A stretch of DNA of 64,000 nt from Armatimonadota bacterium (GCA_034722055.1 JAYENL010000221.1:8681-72680); one strand, 5' to 3'; positions 41,801 to 50,850 are shown, counted from the first letter of the stretch. The notes: a model not told the origin generated them from the sequence alone. Translations and numbers: made by a program.

Positions 41801-43203
41801 AGCCCCGCGCGCTCATCGTACGTCGCCATCCAGCCGGACGCTCGCAGGCCGCGCTGCATGGTCAGTGCGGGCGTGGCGGTGCTCTCAGCCTTCCAGATGT
41901 GGTAGTCGCCACCGGAGTTCTGATCGATGGCGAAGCGGCGCCAGATGTTGTGGTCCGGCTCGTTCATCAGCCTCTGCGTGGGGCTGACGTGGAACTGGTA
42001 GAAGTGTCGCGTGTTCCACTGCACGCCGCGATCGCCGGCCTGCACCACGCGCTTGCGCATGTTCAGCGCCAGCGGCAGCCGCAGAGACACGTCGCGGATG
42101 AAGCGGTCGGCGAACTGCCCCTCGGGCTGCAGCGAGACGGTCGCGGTCAGGAAGGGGCTGCCGGCCGTCGCCGCCAGGTCGAGCTGATACCGAATCCGGT
42201 CGCCATCGCCGAAGTCCAGCGCGCCATCGAGTGAGCCGGAGAGCTGCTCCTGGTTGTGCTGCCAGGCGTGGCCGCCGGGCTGGCAGGTGGCCCCGATGAC
42301 CCGTCCCGGCGCCCAGTCGCGCCAGCCGTCGTACTCCGCGGACTCGAAGACGGTCGCGGACAGCAGCGGCTGCTCGTTGCCGGCAATGACCGGCTCGCCG
42401 CCGATGGTCAGTGCTCGCAGCGCGCCCCGGTTTGTGAGTTCGAAGGTCGCAGCGCCGGTGTCCGCCATCACGCCGTCGGGCAGCTCCTGGACCTGCATCT
42501 GTGCGTCTGTCACCGTGCCCACCTCCAGCGGCTCGGCTGACGGCTCATCTCCCGGCTGCGGCGGCCTGGCGTAGTCGTAGATGCGCACCTCGTCGAGCTT
42601 GCCGCGAAAGAAGTACGTGGAGCCCGCCTTCGACCCCAGGATGATGTCGCCGCCGGGGCCGATCTCGTGGTCCCAGGTGGTGGTGGCGACCTCCTGGCCG
42701 TCCACATACAGCCACGCGTTCGGGCGGTCGAAGACGCCGGTGACGCGGTGCCACTGGCCCGGCGTGAGTTCGCCTCCGGACAAGTCCATGCGCGCCTCGG
42801 CCGTCTTCAGCCCGAACATGGGCGTGGTGCCGGAGACCTGGATGCGGTAGCGCTCCCCGCCCTTGTCCACGATGCACTGCGGCCCGCCCGTGTCGGGCTC
42901 GTCGAGCATCAGCCATACGTCCACCGTCACGGCGTCCGTCATGCGCAGGGACGGGTCGTCGGGGGCGCGCACGTAGTCGTCCACGCCATCGAAGACCAGG
43001 GCCTGATGTCCCGGCGCCTGGGCGCGCGGAAGGTCGTCGTGGCCGATGGCGTGGTGCCGATCCGCGGCCACGTCGCGGTACAGCCTGCGGAAGTCACCGT
43101 TGAACGTCCACACCGCCGCCGGAGAATCGTCGGCGGCACGTGCGATCATCGGCAGCATCAGCACCACCGACACCAGCAGTACGCTCGGACGCCACGCGCG
43201 CAT
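38890..43203 (-). CDS. Secreted LamG plus exo-rhamnogalacturonan lyase (PL26/YetA-like) protein
   Basis: Signal peptide; LamG 'FDGVDDYV...GKLDEVRIYD'; 'GVPLPRG...LAYWPDGSVKW'; 'WYGCWDYGDVQH', 'WTNTE', 'EAMARHVRDVD', 'GTRHGVQHW'. Confidence 0.8.
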   Translation of the reverse strand: MRAWRPSVLLVSVVLMLPMIARAADDSPAAVWTFNGDFRRLYRDVAADRHHAIGHDDLPRAQAPGHQALVFDGVDDYVRAPDDPSLRMTDAVTVDVWLMLDEPDTGGPQCIVDKGGERYRIQVSGTTPMFGLKTAEARMDLSGGELTPGQWHRVTGVFDRPNAWLYVDGQEVATTTWDHEIGPGGDIILGSKAGSTYFFRGKLDEVRIYDYARPPQPGDEPSAEPLEVGTVTDAQMQVQELPDGVMADTGAATFELTNRGALRALTIGGEPVIAGNEQPLLSATVFESAEYDGWRDWAPGRVIGATCQPGGHAWQHNQEQLSGSLDGALDFGDGDRIRYQLDLAATAGSPFLTATVSLQPEGQFADRFIRDVSLRLPLALNMRKRVVQAGDRGVQWNTRHFYQFHVSPTQRLMNEPDHNIWRRFAIDQNSGGDYHIWKAESTATPALTMQRGLRASGWMATYDERAGLIFAYRGFADRAPKSLRVMAEDSGEARVCLWHQGLPALHVASPQAEAVFGAPHVIDLAAFDDEFSFAQPDVALANHWGVEGLASDPPARNEPPLGGLNPLAEQSAEREAPLISGGVPLPRGALAEPGHVRLQRDGRDVPVQTRALAYWPDGSVKWLLLTFPPEGGEVEGAEGGGDALGFQVTRRDGSADEYALLYGGDARSGTPANRLSAAREGDTVRIDTGPLQLEVAVEQGWLRSVTLDGAEVLSEPGGSFVDFLRPAEGYDSMTTQPQGRLDPGSFIPESIDLEEAGPLRAVVKLTGMTTAEESPRMVIRLEAFAGRRCVRISQSAEFLHADPREAFVRRMGFELPLADAGSRVTAGGQDGPVALEGGRRAGLRQHSHLGYQAWSQHEAERFPRVDEANGRSRGWLDLSGPDGGVAMVMRDMWQQFPNELLADIEGGRMVAYFWPEDLPLMDVRRYSNYPHRSQGESVSANSDWVENTYYPNDPFVGVTKTHELLLYFHGPDVDAATVDAVAGDFQRRPLLYCGADWYLDTEVIPPQPRPGAPGFARMAANLDHFARFWMHHQRLWGWYGCWDYGDVQHYYKGGYGWIVPPDDLAELLVDPPEDYEEIDVSDVRQLDYAPPVEWAYDNGRWGWTNTEGLPGLFMQNQYLRTGDREMFFFCEAMARHVRDVDMRHAGKWLGRGTRHGVQHWSDGNHEERQTTHSEFRYHHYLSGEMRSRDFARFLYDEIYSQRDVHIHAAHSGRLQGLMTWWEMTGSEEAASILERYVPCFIVDQGLCISPNVEFPDVVCQSQERDVNGSSMFFWTFGAAHALMEYYDLTGHEELREAFIRVADRVVAERDDPGTFRKAVVFAALHADDPEPYRSYLRDWASTNRLLVEVVPHNSGFYGGPRGMLRGSVAGALFGMNDAIYVMSALEGDPELSEETWADIARVDEQGGPPYTPPLLSWQSEYDRPDLEEYLRIKHPQP

Positions 43204-43416
43204 GATCCTTCCTCTCCCTGGCTCATGGCCGCTCAGGTGCATGGTGGAGGCTCCTTCTGCGGACGTCGCCGCTTTCCTTCGCCGAAAGCTCGCAAGCACA
43301 GTCACGAACCGCCTGGAGGACGTCGGCGGCCGATGGTGCAGGATTTCCTGCTCCGCCGCGGAAAGGGGCGCGCGCCGAGCAGCGACAATCGGGCGTGCCG
43401 GAGGACTGAGAGAGGC

Positions 43417-44334
43417 ATGATACGGCTCGGGATCACTGCGGCGGTCACCTTCGAGGGCCAGCGAGGCTGCCACCACGGCAACGCGTTCAGCTCCATGTTC
43501 AACGGCTGGGACAGATCGAGGGCCGAGGAGCTTGACTTCCCAACAGGGGGAGCCACTGACGACCGGCTGGAGGGCGCCCGGGTGGTGAAGATCTACGATG
43601 AGGACCGCAAGGGCGCGGAGATGATGGCACAGATCTACGGCATCGAGGAGGTCTGCGACAGCCCGGAGGACCTGACCGAGGGCACGGACGCGGTCATCGC
43701 CGCCGATAACGGGACCTACTCCAAGGCCCGCCTGGCGGTGCCGGCGCTGGAGCAGGGCCTGCCCTGCTTCATCGACAAGCCCCTTGCGGAGACCGCCGAC
43801 GAGGCCCGTGAGATCGTGGACCTCGCCGAGGCCAATGGCGCTCCGCTGATGTCCTGCTCGAGCTTCCGCTGGTGTGACGGGGCGCGGGAGATGCGCGAGG
43901 CCCTGGCGGACATCGGGCAGGTAGAGCTGCTGACAGGCATCAGCGGCCAGGGGCAGTTCCACATCTACGCCATCCACCCCACGGAGTTCGTCTATGGCAT
44001 CCTCGGGCCGGGGACGGAATCGGTGATCAACGTGGGGACGAGGGATCGGGACATCGTTCGCCTGAGGCGCCGTGACGGCTCGCAGGTGGTGCTGAATATG
44101 TACTGGCGGGAGGTCATTGCCGGCGGGCAGATGTTCACCATCTGCGGCAGCGGCGGCTGGCACACCGTGGACCAACTGGGAGCGCTCTACCACCCCATGA
44201 TGGAGGCCTTCCTGACCATGTGCGAGACGGGGCAGATGCCCATCTCCGGTAACGAGATGGTGGAGGTCATCGCGGTGGTCGATGCCGCCCGGCGCTCCCG
44301 GGAGGAGGGTGGGGCGGAGATTCGGATCGGCTGA
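43417..44334 (+). CDS. Gfo/Idh/MocA family oxidoreductase
   Basis: 'PALEQGLPCFIDKPLA', 'PLMSCSSFRW', 'YAIHPTE'; GAGG SD. Confidence 0.85.
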   Translation: MIRLGITAAVTFEGQRGCHHGNAFSSMFNGWDRSRAEELDFPTGGATDDRLEGARVVKIYDEDRKGAEMMAQIYGIEEVCDSPEDLTEGTDAVIAADNGTYSKARLAVPALEQGLPCFIDKPLAETADEAREIVDLAEANGAPLMSCSSFRWCDGAREMREALADIGQVELLTGISGQGQFHIYAIHPTEFVYGILGPGTESVINVGTRDRDIVRLRRRDGSQVVLNMYWREVIAGGQMFTICGSGGWHTVDQLGALYHPMMEAFLTMCETGQMPISGNEMVEVIAVVDAARRSREEGGAEIRIG

Positions 44335-44777
44335 GGCCCGGCTCCATCGTCCTGCCTCGGTGCGCGCCGCTCGGGCCAACCAGCGTCCTTGGACCACGAG
44401 ACCGGGCCGTGGCGGCGTCGCCTGCCGCCAACTGCTGCCGTTACGCGAGCGGAAGCTCGCGTGGAGAGGCCGGACCACCGTCCGGCCTGCTGTCTCTGCG
44501 AGGTGCAAGCACACGGCCAACGACGTGAACGGCGGCCGGCGTCGGCACACCGGCCCTGCGTAGGGCGTGACGGTACGACTCACGACAAACGGCCGGCGGG
44601 TCTGAAGCCCCGCCGCTCCGGACGGCATTGTCGGCGGGGCGTCTCTCGGGAGCAGGGACAGATCGGTGCCACCGGGCGCACATCTCCTTACTCTTGGGGC
44701 GCGGGCGCCGTCGCCCGTGGGGCGTAGGGGCGGGGGGCTTTCCTCGGAGGCAGGAGCGGTTAGTGGCGCTGCGCGCC

Positions 44778-44946
44778 AGAAGCCGGCGAGGGCGCCGGCT
44801 TCCCAGAACGAAGTAGGCCGGCGAGGGCGCCGGCTTTCCAGAACGGAGTAGGCCGGCGGGGGCGCCGGCTTCCCAGGATGGGGTAGGCGGGCGAGGGCGC
44901 TGTCGCTTCCCAGGATGGGGTAGGCCGCGGAGGGCGTAGCCGCCTC
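44778..44946 (+). repeat. Tandem array of about five 35-bp GTAG-REP-like units
   Basis: Unit GTAG-GCCGGCG-AGGG-CGCCGGC-TTCCCAG(A/G)A(C/T)G; GTAG starts at 44813, 44848, 44883, 44920; between convergent genes. Confidence 0.85.
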
Positions 44947-45964
44947 ACCTCACCGCGGCGATGATCTGCTCCGCGGCGCAGTAGAGCCCATCCTCCACGG
45001 GCCTGCGCGCGACCACCAGCAGTATGGCCACCACTGCCACGCCTGCCAGGGCTGCCAGCAGCATCGCCACGCGCCCTCTGCCACCCACCGCGGAGAACGC
45101 TCCAGCCTCCATGGCCTCCAGCCTGGCGCGGCGGGCCGCCGGCAGCGCCGGCTCGGGAATCAGCAGCTCCGCCAGGGAGGGCTCGCGGGGCCCGCGCTCA
45201 GCAGCGGCCTCCATGGCGCTCAGCGCACCCGCCAGATCCTCCGGCTGCACGCCCATCGCCACCGCGGCGTCATCGGCGGCCTCCTCCAGCGCCGAGCGCA
45301 AGCGGCGGCGGTAGTACCACACGGTTGGCATGATGACCAGGAGCGTGGCGCTGGCGTCGGCCGCCAGGCGGGCGAGGTTGTCGCGGCGGCGCAGGTGGGC
45401 GCGCTCGTGGGCCAGCACGGCCTCCAACTCCTCGGCTGAGAGCCTGGCGCGCAGCGACGTGGAGAGCACCGTCACGGGGCAGAGCAGCCCGGCGGTGAAG
45501 GAGACCGGCCGCCCCAGCTCCACCAGAAGCGGCGGCTGCTCCCCGCCGTCCAGGGGGGCGCCGCTGGCGAGCATCATCCGTCGCAGCAGGTGCGCGCTGA
45601 GTGCGGTCCCCAGCATTCGAGCCGCCGCCGCGGCCACCAGCAGCAGCGACAGCCACGCGAAGGCCTGCACCGCGACAGGCCCGCCGGGCGCCTCAATGAG
45701 GGGCACAAAGCACAGATGGGGTCGGAAGCCGCCCAGGTGGGGGGAGGCGCCGGGGCCCTGAGCGTAGAGCGCCAGCGCCCAGCCGGCGACCAGCATGCCC
45801 AGAAGCGGGGGTACGCATAGCGCCGCCAGCCATACTCGCGCCCGGCCGGCGGCGTTGCTCTCTCCGGCGGTCTCAGCCAGTGCCGCGGCCGGCAGGGCCA
45901 TGAGCAGGCTCACCGAGGCCGCGGTGGCCACCATGATGCTGGCAGCCGTCAGCAGCAGGGCCAT
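44945..45964 (-). CDS. M56 (BlaR1/MecR1-type) membrane zinc metallopeptidase without sensor domain
   Basis: 'FTAGLLCP', 'LAHERAHLRRRDNL' (HExxH), 'EEAADD'; translationally coupled to the repressor. Confidence 0.9.
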   Translation of the reverse strand: MALLLTAASIMVATAASVSLLMALPAAALAETAGESNAAGRARVWLAALCVPPLLGMLVAGWALALYAQGPGASPHLGGFRPHLCFVPLIEAPGGPVAVQAFAWLSLLLVAAAAARMLGTALSAHLLRRMMLASGAPLDGGEQPPLLVELGRPVSFTAGLLCPVTVLSTSLRARLSAEELEAVLAHERAHLRRRDNLARLAADASATLLVIMPTVWYYRRRLRSALEEAADDAAVAMGVQPEDLAGALSAMEAAAERGPREPSLAELLIPEPALPAARRARLEAMEAGAFSAVGGRGRVAMLLAALAGVAVVAILLVVARRPVEDGLYCAAEQIIAAVR

Positions 45965-46440
45965 CAGCTCTCCGATGCGCCCCTCCTGCGGCGGCGGTGC
46001 TCGTCGATCATCTCCGCCAGTGCCTCCAGACGCGAGGGGTCCTCGTCGCCGATGGCCTCCACGAAGTAGGAGATGGCGGGCTCAGCAAAGCTCGACAGCA
46101 GGCCGTCAATGACGCGCCGCGTGACGCTCTGCCCCAGCTCGCTGCGGCTCAGCGCCGGCCAGTAGAAGTACGCCCGTCCGCGCTGCTCGCGCTCCAGCAG
46201 CCCCTTGTCATAGAGGCGGCTCATGGTGGTCATGATCGTGGTGTAGGCCGCCTCCTTGCCCTGCTCCTCCAGGCTGGCGCGCACGTCCTCCACGCACACA
46301 GGATCAGAGGCCCTCCAGATGGCCTCCATTACCTGCGCCTCCAGCTCTCCCAGCGCCTGCTCCAGCCCGCGCTTGTCGAGCTTGAAGACCGAGAGGTCGG
46401 GATCAGTCGGCTTGTGCACGTTGCTGTCAGTCTGGCTCAT
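45964..46440 (-). CDS. BlaI/MecI/CopY family transcriptional repressor
   Basis: 'LGELEAQVMEAIW', 'AYTTIMTTMSRLYDKGLLEREQRGRAYFY'. Confidence 0.93.
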   Translation of the reverse strand: MSQTDSNVHKPTDPDLSVFKLDKRGLEQALGELEAQVMEAIWRASDPVCVEDVRASLEEQGKEAAYTTIMTTMSRLYDKGLLEREQRGRAYFYWPALSRSELGQSVTRRVIDGLLSSFAEPAISYFVEAIGDEDPSRLEALAEMIDEHRRRRRGASES

Positions 46441-46488
46441 CGGTGTCTGCACCCCGCCATTTCAGGGCCGCCGGATGGTCGCGTTTGT

Positions 46489-46525
46489 TACTACCTATTA
46501 TAGTAGATAATGCCGGGCCTGTCCA
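46489..46525 (-). promoter_or_regulatory. Sigma70 promoter of the BlaI-M56 operon with overlapping palindromic operator
   Basis: Minus strand TGGACA-N17-TATAAT (46525-46497); palindrome TACTA-N7-TAGTA (46489-46505) covers the -10 box; AT-rich patch in GC-rich DNA. Confidence 0.85.
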
Positions 46526-46583
46526 GTTCTCTCGCAAATTGCATTTCCGGAGAGCGGCGTCCACGCCGCCCTGCTGGGTTCTG

Positions 46584-47573
46584 TTACACAACTCCGTGCT
46601 CGCGGCTCTTCTCGTAGCCGGGATTGCCCTCCGGGCTGGAGCAGATGCTCCACTCGTGGGCGGTGACCACGCCATCGCCGTAGCCGCAGATGTCGCGGGT
46701 GGAGGGGATGCGCTCGAACATCAGCTTCAGCATCTCGCGCGCCGGCAGCGTGTCGCCGGGCATCAGCCCCATCCGCTGGAAGCAGTCCAGGTCCTTCTTG
46801 TAGTCGCGAATGAGGCCGCCGGCGTGCACGCAGCGGCCGGTGTCGGGGTCATAGCCGTCGCAGCAGTCGCAGGCCTCGCAGCAGCCCTCCACCAGCGTGA
46901 TGGGCACATCCGGGGCGCTTTGAATGCGCTCCAGGATCTCGGCGAGGGTGTCGTTGGGCCGCGGGCCGGCGCCCTCGCCGCCCGCCCACCAGCAGCACAT
47001 GCACATGAGGTGGTGGGGGCGGATGAAGATGCTCTCGCCCTCCGCGATGGCCCGCTCGTTGGCCTGGCGGTACTCGGCCCGCTCCGAATCGCTGCGCAGG
47101 TACACCACCGCGTCCCAGCCTGCGTTACGCACGCTCTCGTAGGCGCCGCTGCTGGCCAGTTCGCAGCCCTCCCAGCCCGCGGTGTCGTGGGCGCAGATGC
47201 CCTGGGGCGTCTCGATGCGCTCGAAGAGCAGCTCGAACAGGTAGCGGGCGCGCCGCGTGTCGCCCGGGCACAGGCCCAGCCGCTGCAGCACGTCCAGGTC
47301 GCGCTTGCGGTTGAGCACGTCTTCGGGCTCGCTGCGGGCGAACTGACCCTCGGGCAGCCACGTGTAGTGCGGCAGCTCGTCCGCGTCTGAGGTCAGCCTG
47401 ATGGCGACGGTGGGGTCTGAGCCGATCCTCTCCAGGATGGCGTCGGCCTCGGTGGCGCCGATCAGGGGGCACTCCGCGCCGCCCTTCCGGCAGACCAGGC
47501 CCAGGAGCTGGCGGGCCTCGATCTCGATCTGCGGGCGACACAGTCCGTCGTCAACGTCGCAGGCATCCGTCAT
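46584..47573 (-). CDS. Cys-rich protein with two DUF1284-like repeats (putative Fe-S/metal binding)
   Basis: 'IRPHHLMC' motif; internal repeat 'KRDLDVLQRLGLCPGDT..ARYLFELLFERI' / 'KKDLDCFQRMGLMPGDT..AREMLKLMFERI'. Confidence 0.7.
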   Translation of the reverse strand: MTDACDVDDGLCRPQIEIEARQLLGLVCRKGGAECPLIGATEADAILERIGSDPTVAIRLTSDADELPHYTWLPEGQFARSEPEDVLNRKRDLDVLQRLGLCPGDTRRARYLFELLFERIETPQGICAHDTAGWEGCELASSGAYESVRNAGWDAVVYLRSDSERAEYRQANERAIAEGESIFIRPHHLMCMCCWWAGGEGAGPRPNDTLAEILERIQSAPDVPITLVEGCCEACDCCDGYDPDTGRCVHAGGLIRDYKKDLDCFQRMGLMPGDTLPAREMLKLMFERIPSTRDICGYGDGVVTAHEWSICSSPEGNPGYEKSREHGVV

Positions 47574-47644
47574 GCCGGATCCCTCCGCATCGTGTTCACC
47601 GCCGGCGGGCACTTCCGCAGAGGTAGGTTCACACCCTCCTCATG

Positions 47645-47857
47645 CTTACCTGTACCCACATCGTGGCGAGCGGCGATGCGTGCCTTTTGTCGTTGGGAGA
47701 GGCCGTCTGAGGCTCCAGGTCGTTTGCCGGAGCCGAAGCCGGCCCGGCCGTTGTTTCCACCCGAGCCCGCGGGCCGACTTCGTGCGCTCCTGCGCAGCGC
47801 CCTCAGGCGGCCCCTCCACGGCCGACGACCCTCGCCCAACTTGTGGGTGAAGGCTAG
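47645..47857. mobile_element. MITE family A, copy 3
   Basis: Ends CTTACCTGTACCCAC / GTGGGTGAAGGCTAG; flanking CTCCTCATG / CTCCTCAGG (8/9); interior collinear with 16846-17052. Confidence 0.88.
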
Positions 47858-47930
47858 CTCCTCAGGGAGGCTCTCACTGCCGTCACTCGGGGGGTACGGG
47901 CGCCCGCGGCCCCCCCCCGCCGCCAGTGTC

Positions 47931-49877
47931 TCAGAACTCCCTCGGGTAGCGCTCCAGGACCTGGGGCCAGGCGGCGTCGGCATCATCGCCGAAGGCCAGG
48001 TAGAGGCGCGTGGTGAAGCGCTCCCCGGGCGCCAGCTCCAGCTCGTGGAAGAGGTTGCTGACGCCGCCGCCTGGCGCCGGGATGGTCCACAGCGCGGGGT
48101 CGGCGCCGATTGCCACGAAGCGCCCCTCGTCGCGCAGCAGGAGGATGTTTGCCTCGAGCACCTCCGCCCGGTCATCGCGCCACGGCTCGTGGCCGTGCGC
48201 CTCCAGGAAGCCCGGAATCCCCACCCCGTTCCAGATCCACAGCCTGCCGTCGCGGGCCTCGTCGCCGGTGTTCTCGACGAAGACGTCCACCGCCATCCAT
48301 GGCTCGCCGGCGCGCACCATCCACGTCCGCCCCAGGCGGCAGTCATTGCTGGCGCACACGGAGGTGATCTCCACGAGGTTGTCGGCGGGCTGGCGAACGG
48401 TGACATCCGCCCGCGAGCCCCAGGGGTCGAACCAGCCGCTCACCCGGGTGCGTATCAGGCCCAGGGAGTGGGGATCGGTGCTGGCGTCGCCAATGAGGCC
48501 GTCGAAGCGCAGCTCATCGATGTTCAGCGCCAGGTGATCCTGCGTCGCCTCCCAGCCCTCGCCCCGGACGCTCACCTCGCGGGCGACATCGCTCCAGATG
48601 ACCTCGTATCCGCCCGCCCGGAAGTGCCGATCGGACTCGTGGAGCCGGTGCTCCTCAGCCTGCCCCCGGAGGTGCAGCACGCGAGCCACCGCGCCGGCGG
48701 CCTCGTCGTCAGTGGGGAGCTGTCGCCAGCGCTCCAGAGCGACAGCCAGCTCACCCGCGGGCCGATCCCCGTCGAACAGCTCCGCCAGCGCTTCGCGCTC
48801 GCCCTGTCCGCCGTGGGCCATGATGGCCTCTCGAGCCTCGGCGAGCACCTCGCGCAGGCCGGCCCGGGCCTGCTGGGCGCGGCCCTCGCGCAGGGGCTGG
48901 TGATAGCGCCTCGCCAGCATGGGGACGCCCGCCACGGCAACCAGGTCAGCCTGGGAGACCGTGCCGAAGGGCCACAGCGCCCAGCCGTCGATGCCCGCGC
49001 GGTGGCAATCCCAGCAGGTGTTGATGAGCTCCTCGGCCGGCTGGTCCACCCAGAAGCCGGTGTCCACACACTCGATGATCTCAGCGTCGCCTGTGAGAGC
49101 CGTGAACATGCCCAGCTTCTCTCGCATCCAGCCCACGTCGGCTCGGCGGTGCCCCTGGTAGACCATGGGCGCCAGGACATCGAGGATGTGTGACAGCCCC
49201 TCGGTATCCATGCCCAGGGTGTTCTCGGGTGCGATCACGTAGCCGCCGACCTTCAGGTCCGGGCGATGCTGGTGCGCGGCCTCGGCCACGCGCCGCATGG
49301 CCTCGTTGGTGCTGTCGCGCCGCACGCGCTTCCACACCTCGAGCGCGGCCGGGTCGCGGTCCAGCGCCGCGACCAGCTCCTCCCGCGCGTAGTCGGTCCC
49401 CGCCGCCTCGTTGAACGCCGCCACGCAGTCGGGGCAGAAGCAGGCCTCCATGGTGCGGCTCTCCACCGTGATGAAGTCCCAGAGCATGCCGTCGGCGCCG
49501 GTGTCGGCCACGGCATTGGTGAGCTCGATCATCTCAGCGATGCGCCGCTCGGAGCGAGGGCACACGGTGCCGGTCTTCACACTCCCGTCGGCGCGTATCT
49601 GGAAGTCGTCCCGCTCCTCCCGAATGCCCAGGAAGGCGCTGGCGTAGCCGAAGACGGTGAAGCCGCGCTGGTGGAGGAAGGCCACGCGCTCCCGCACGTC
49701 GGGGTCGCCGGTCGGGATGCGGCACTGCACGTGGTTGAGGCCGGCATCCTGCAGAGTCTGGGCGAAGTCGGCGAGCTGATCGGCCGGCGGGAGCGTCAGG
49801 CCGCCAATCCCCATGTAGGGATCGGCCGCCAGCGGACAGGACAGCAGGAGCGTCAGCGCGAGGTACATCGCTCTCAC
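47931..49877 (-). CDS. Secreted GH-like TIM-barrel protein (GHL10/DUF4015-like) with C-terminal beta-sandwich
   Basis: Signal peptide; 'VCPRS', 'DGMLWDF', 'CFCPDCVAAF', 'LDVLAPMVY'. Confidence 0.6.
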   Translation of the reverse strand: MRAMYLALTLLLSCPLAADPYMGIGGLTLPPADQLADFAQTLQDAGLNHVQCRIPTGDPDVRERVAFLHQRGFTVFGYASAFLGIREERDDFQIRADGSVKTGTVCPRSERRIAEMIELTNAVADTGADGMLWDFITVESRTMEACFCPDCVAAFNEAAGTDYAREELVAALDRDPAALEVWKRVRRDSTNEAMRRVAEAAHQHRPDLKVGGYVIAPENTLGMDTEGLSHILDVLAPMVYQGHRRADVGWMREKLGMFTALTGDAEIIECVDTGFWVDQPAEELINTCWDCHRAGIDGWALWPFGTVSQADLVAVAGVPMLARRYHQPLREGRAQQARAGLREVLAEAREAIMAHGGQGEREALAELFDGDRPAGELAVALERWRQLPTDDEAAGAVARVLHLRGQAEEHRLHESDRHFRAGGYEVIWSDVAREVSVRGEGWEATQDHLALNIDELRFDGLIGDASTDPHSLGLIRTRVSGWFDPWGSRADVTVRQPADNLVEITSVCASNDCRLGRTWMVRAGEPWMAVDVFVENTGDEARDGRLWIWNGVGIPGFLEAHGHEPWRDDRAEVLEANILLLRDEGRFVAIGADPALWTIPAPGGGVSNLFHELELAPGERFTTRLYLAFGDDADAAWPQVLERYPREF

Positions 49878-50671
49878 GGCCGCTCACCTCCCAGCAGGCT
49901 CAGGCCGCGGCTGAGGATGAAGTCCAGGATCATCTGCGCGGAGTCCGTGTGAGTGCTGCGGGCGAGCCGACAGGCGAAGACGTAGCCCTGGCCGCCGGGA
50001 ACCTGGAAGGCCACGGGGTCGGCGGCCCGCAGCCGTCCGGCATCGGTCTCGCGAATCGCCGTGCCGTAGACCTCATGCCAGGGGCAGTGCTCCTCGATGG
50101 CGTCGGCGTCGAATGGCCGCAGCGTGCGCCAGCCCTCGAAAGCCGGCAGCACCTCCTCCGCCGCCTCCGTAGGCTCGCAGCTCATGCCCACGAAGCCATC
50201 GCGGACGAGATTCGCGTCACAGATGTCGTCATCACCCTGGTGCCGCGCGGAGTCCCCGCCACGCTCGCCGCCCTCCAGCGCGTACCAGTGGCAGAACCAG
50301 TCGCCGGCATAGCAGAGGATCCCGCCCGCTTCCAGCCACCGCTCCAGCGGCGAGCCCTCATCCTGCCCGTGATAGATCGCCCCCGGCACGCTCTGGCCGA
50401 TGTCCACCACGATGCACCGGCGGGCCTCCTCGCAGATCGACGCCCACTGCTCGGCGCCGATGACCTCCGCGTGCACGCCCCGGCGCCCCAGCTCGTCGCA
50501 CAGCGCGTGGCTCATCAGCCGGTGCCAGGTCAGCGCGTCGGTGGACTTGGGGGCGTCGAGATAGCCGACGTGAAACCAGTGCGGATCATGGTAAACGTAG
50601 ACGTCAGGAGCGTCCTGAGCCGGGATGGGAGAGCACAGGGCGGCCACCATTCCCAGCGCTGCCGGCATCAT
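49874..50671 (-). CDS. Secreted hypothetical protein (possibly class I GATase-like fold)
   Basis: GGAGG SD; signal peptide; 'LERWLEAGG'; 4-bp overlap with the downstream gene. Confidence 0.55.
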   Translation of the reverse strand: MMPAALGMVAALCSPIPAQDAPDVYVYHDPHWFHVGYLDAPKSTDALTWHRLMSHALCDELGRRGVHAEVIGAEQWASICEEARRCIVVDIGQSVPGAIYHGQDEGSPLERWLEAGGILCYAGDWFCHWYALEGGERGGDSARHQGDDDICDANLVRDGFVGMSCEPTEAAEEVLPAFEGWRTLRPFDADAIEEHCPWHEVYGTAIRETDAGRLRAADPVAFQVPGGQGYVFACRLARSTHTDSAQMILDFILSRGLSLLGGERP

Positions 50672-50850
50672 CGCCGGACCTCCCTTCGGGCAGTAAGGCT
50701 TGGCTTCGGTCTGCAGAGTTCGGCGCTCAGCGCCGGCAGGCCTTCGTCGGGAGGATCTGGCGCATAATGCAGGGATGGGCACGGCGCCAAGGGAAAAGGT
50801 GGGTCCACGAGGAAGAAGTCCGTACTACAGCCGCTGAGGAGGGGTCAGCC

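Noticed and set aside
44778..44946. Possible CRISPR array
   Set aside because: Units are contiguous with no unique spacers, and there is no leader or cas gene; it is a tandem REP-like repeat.
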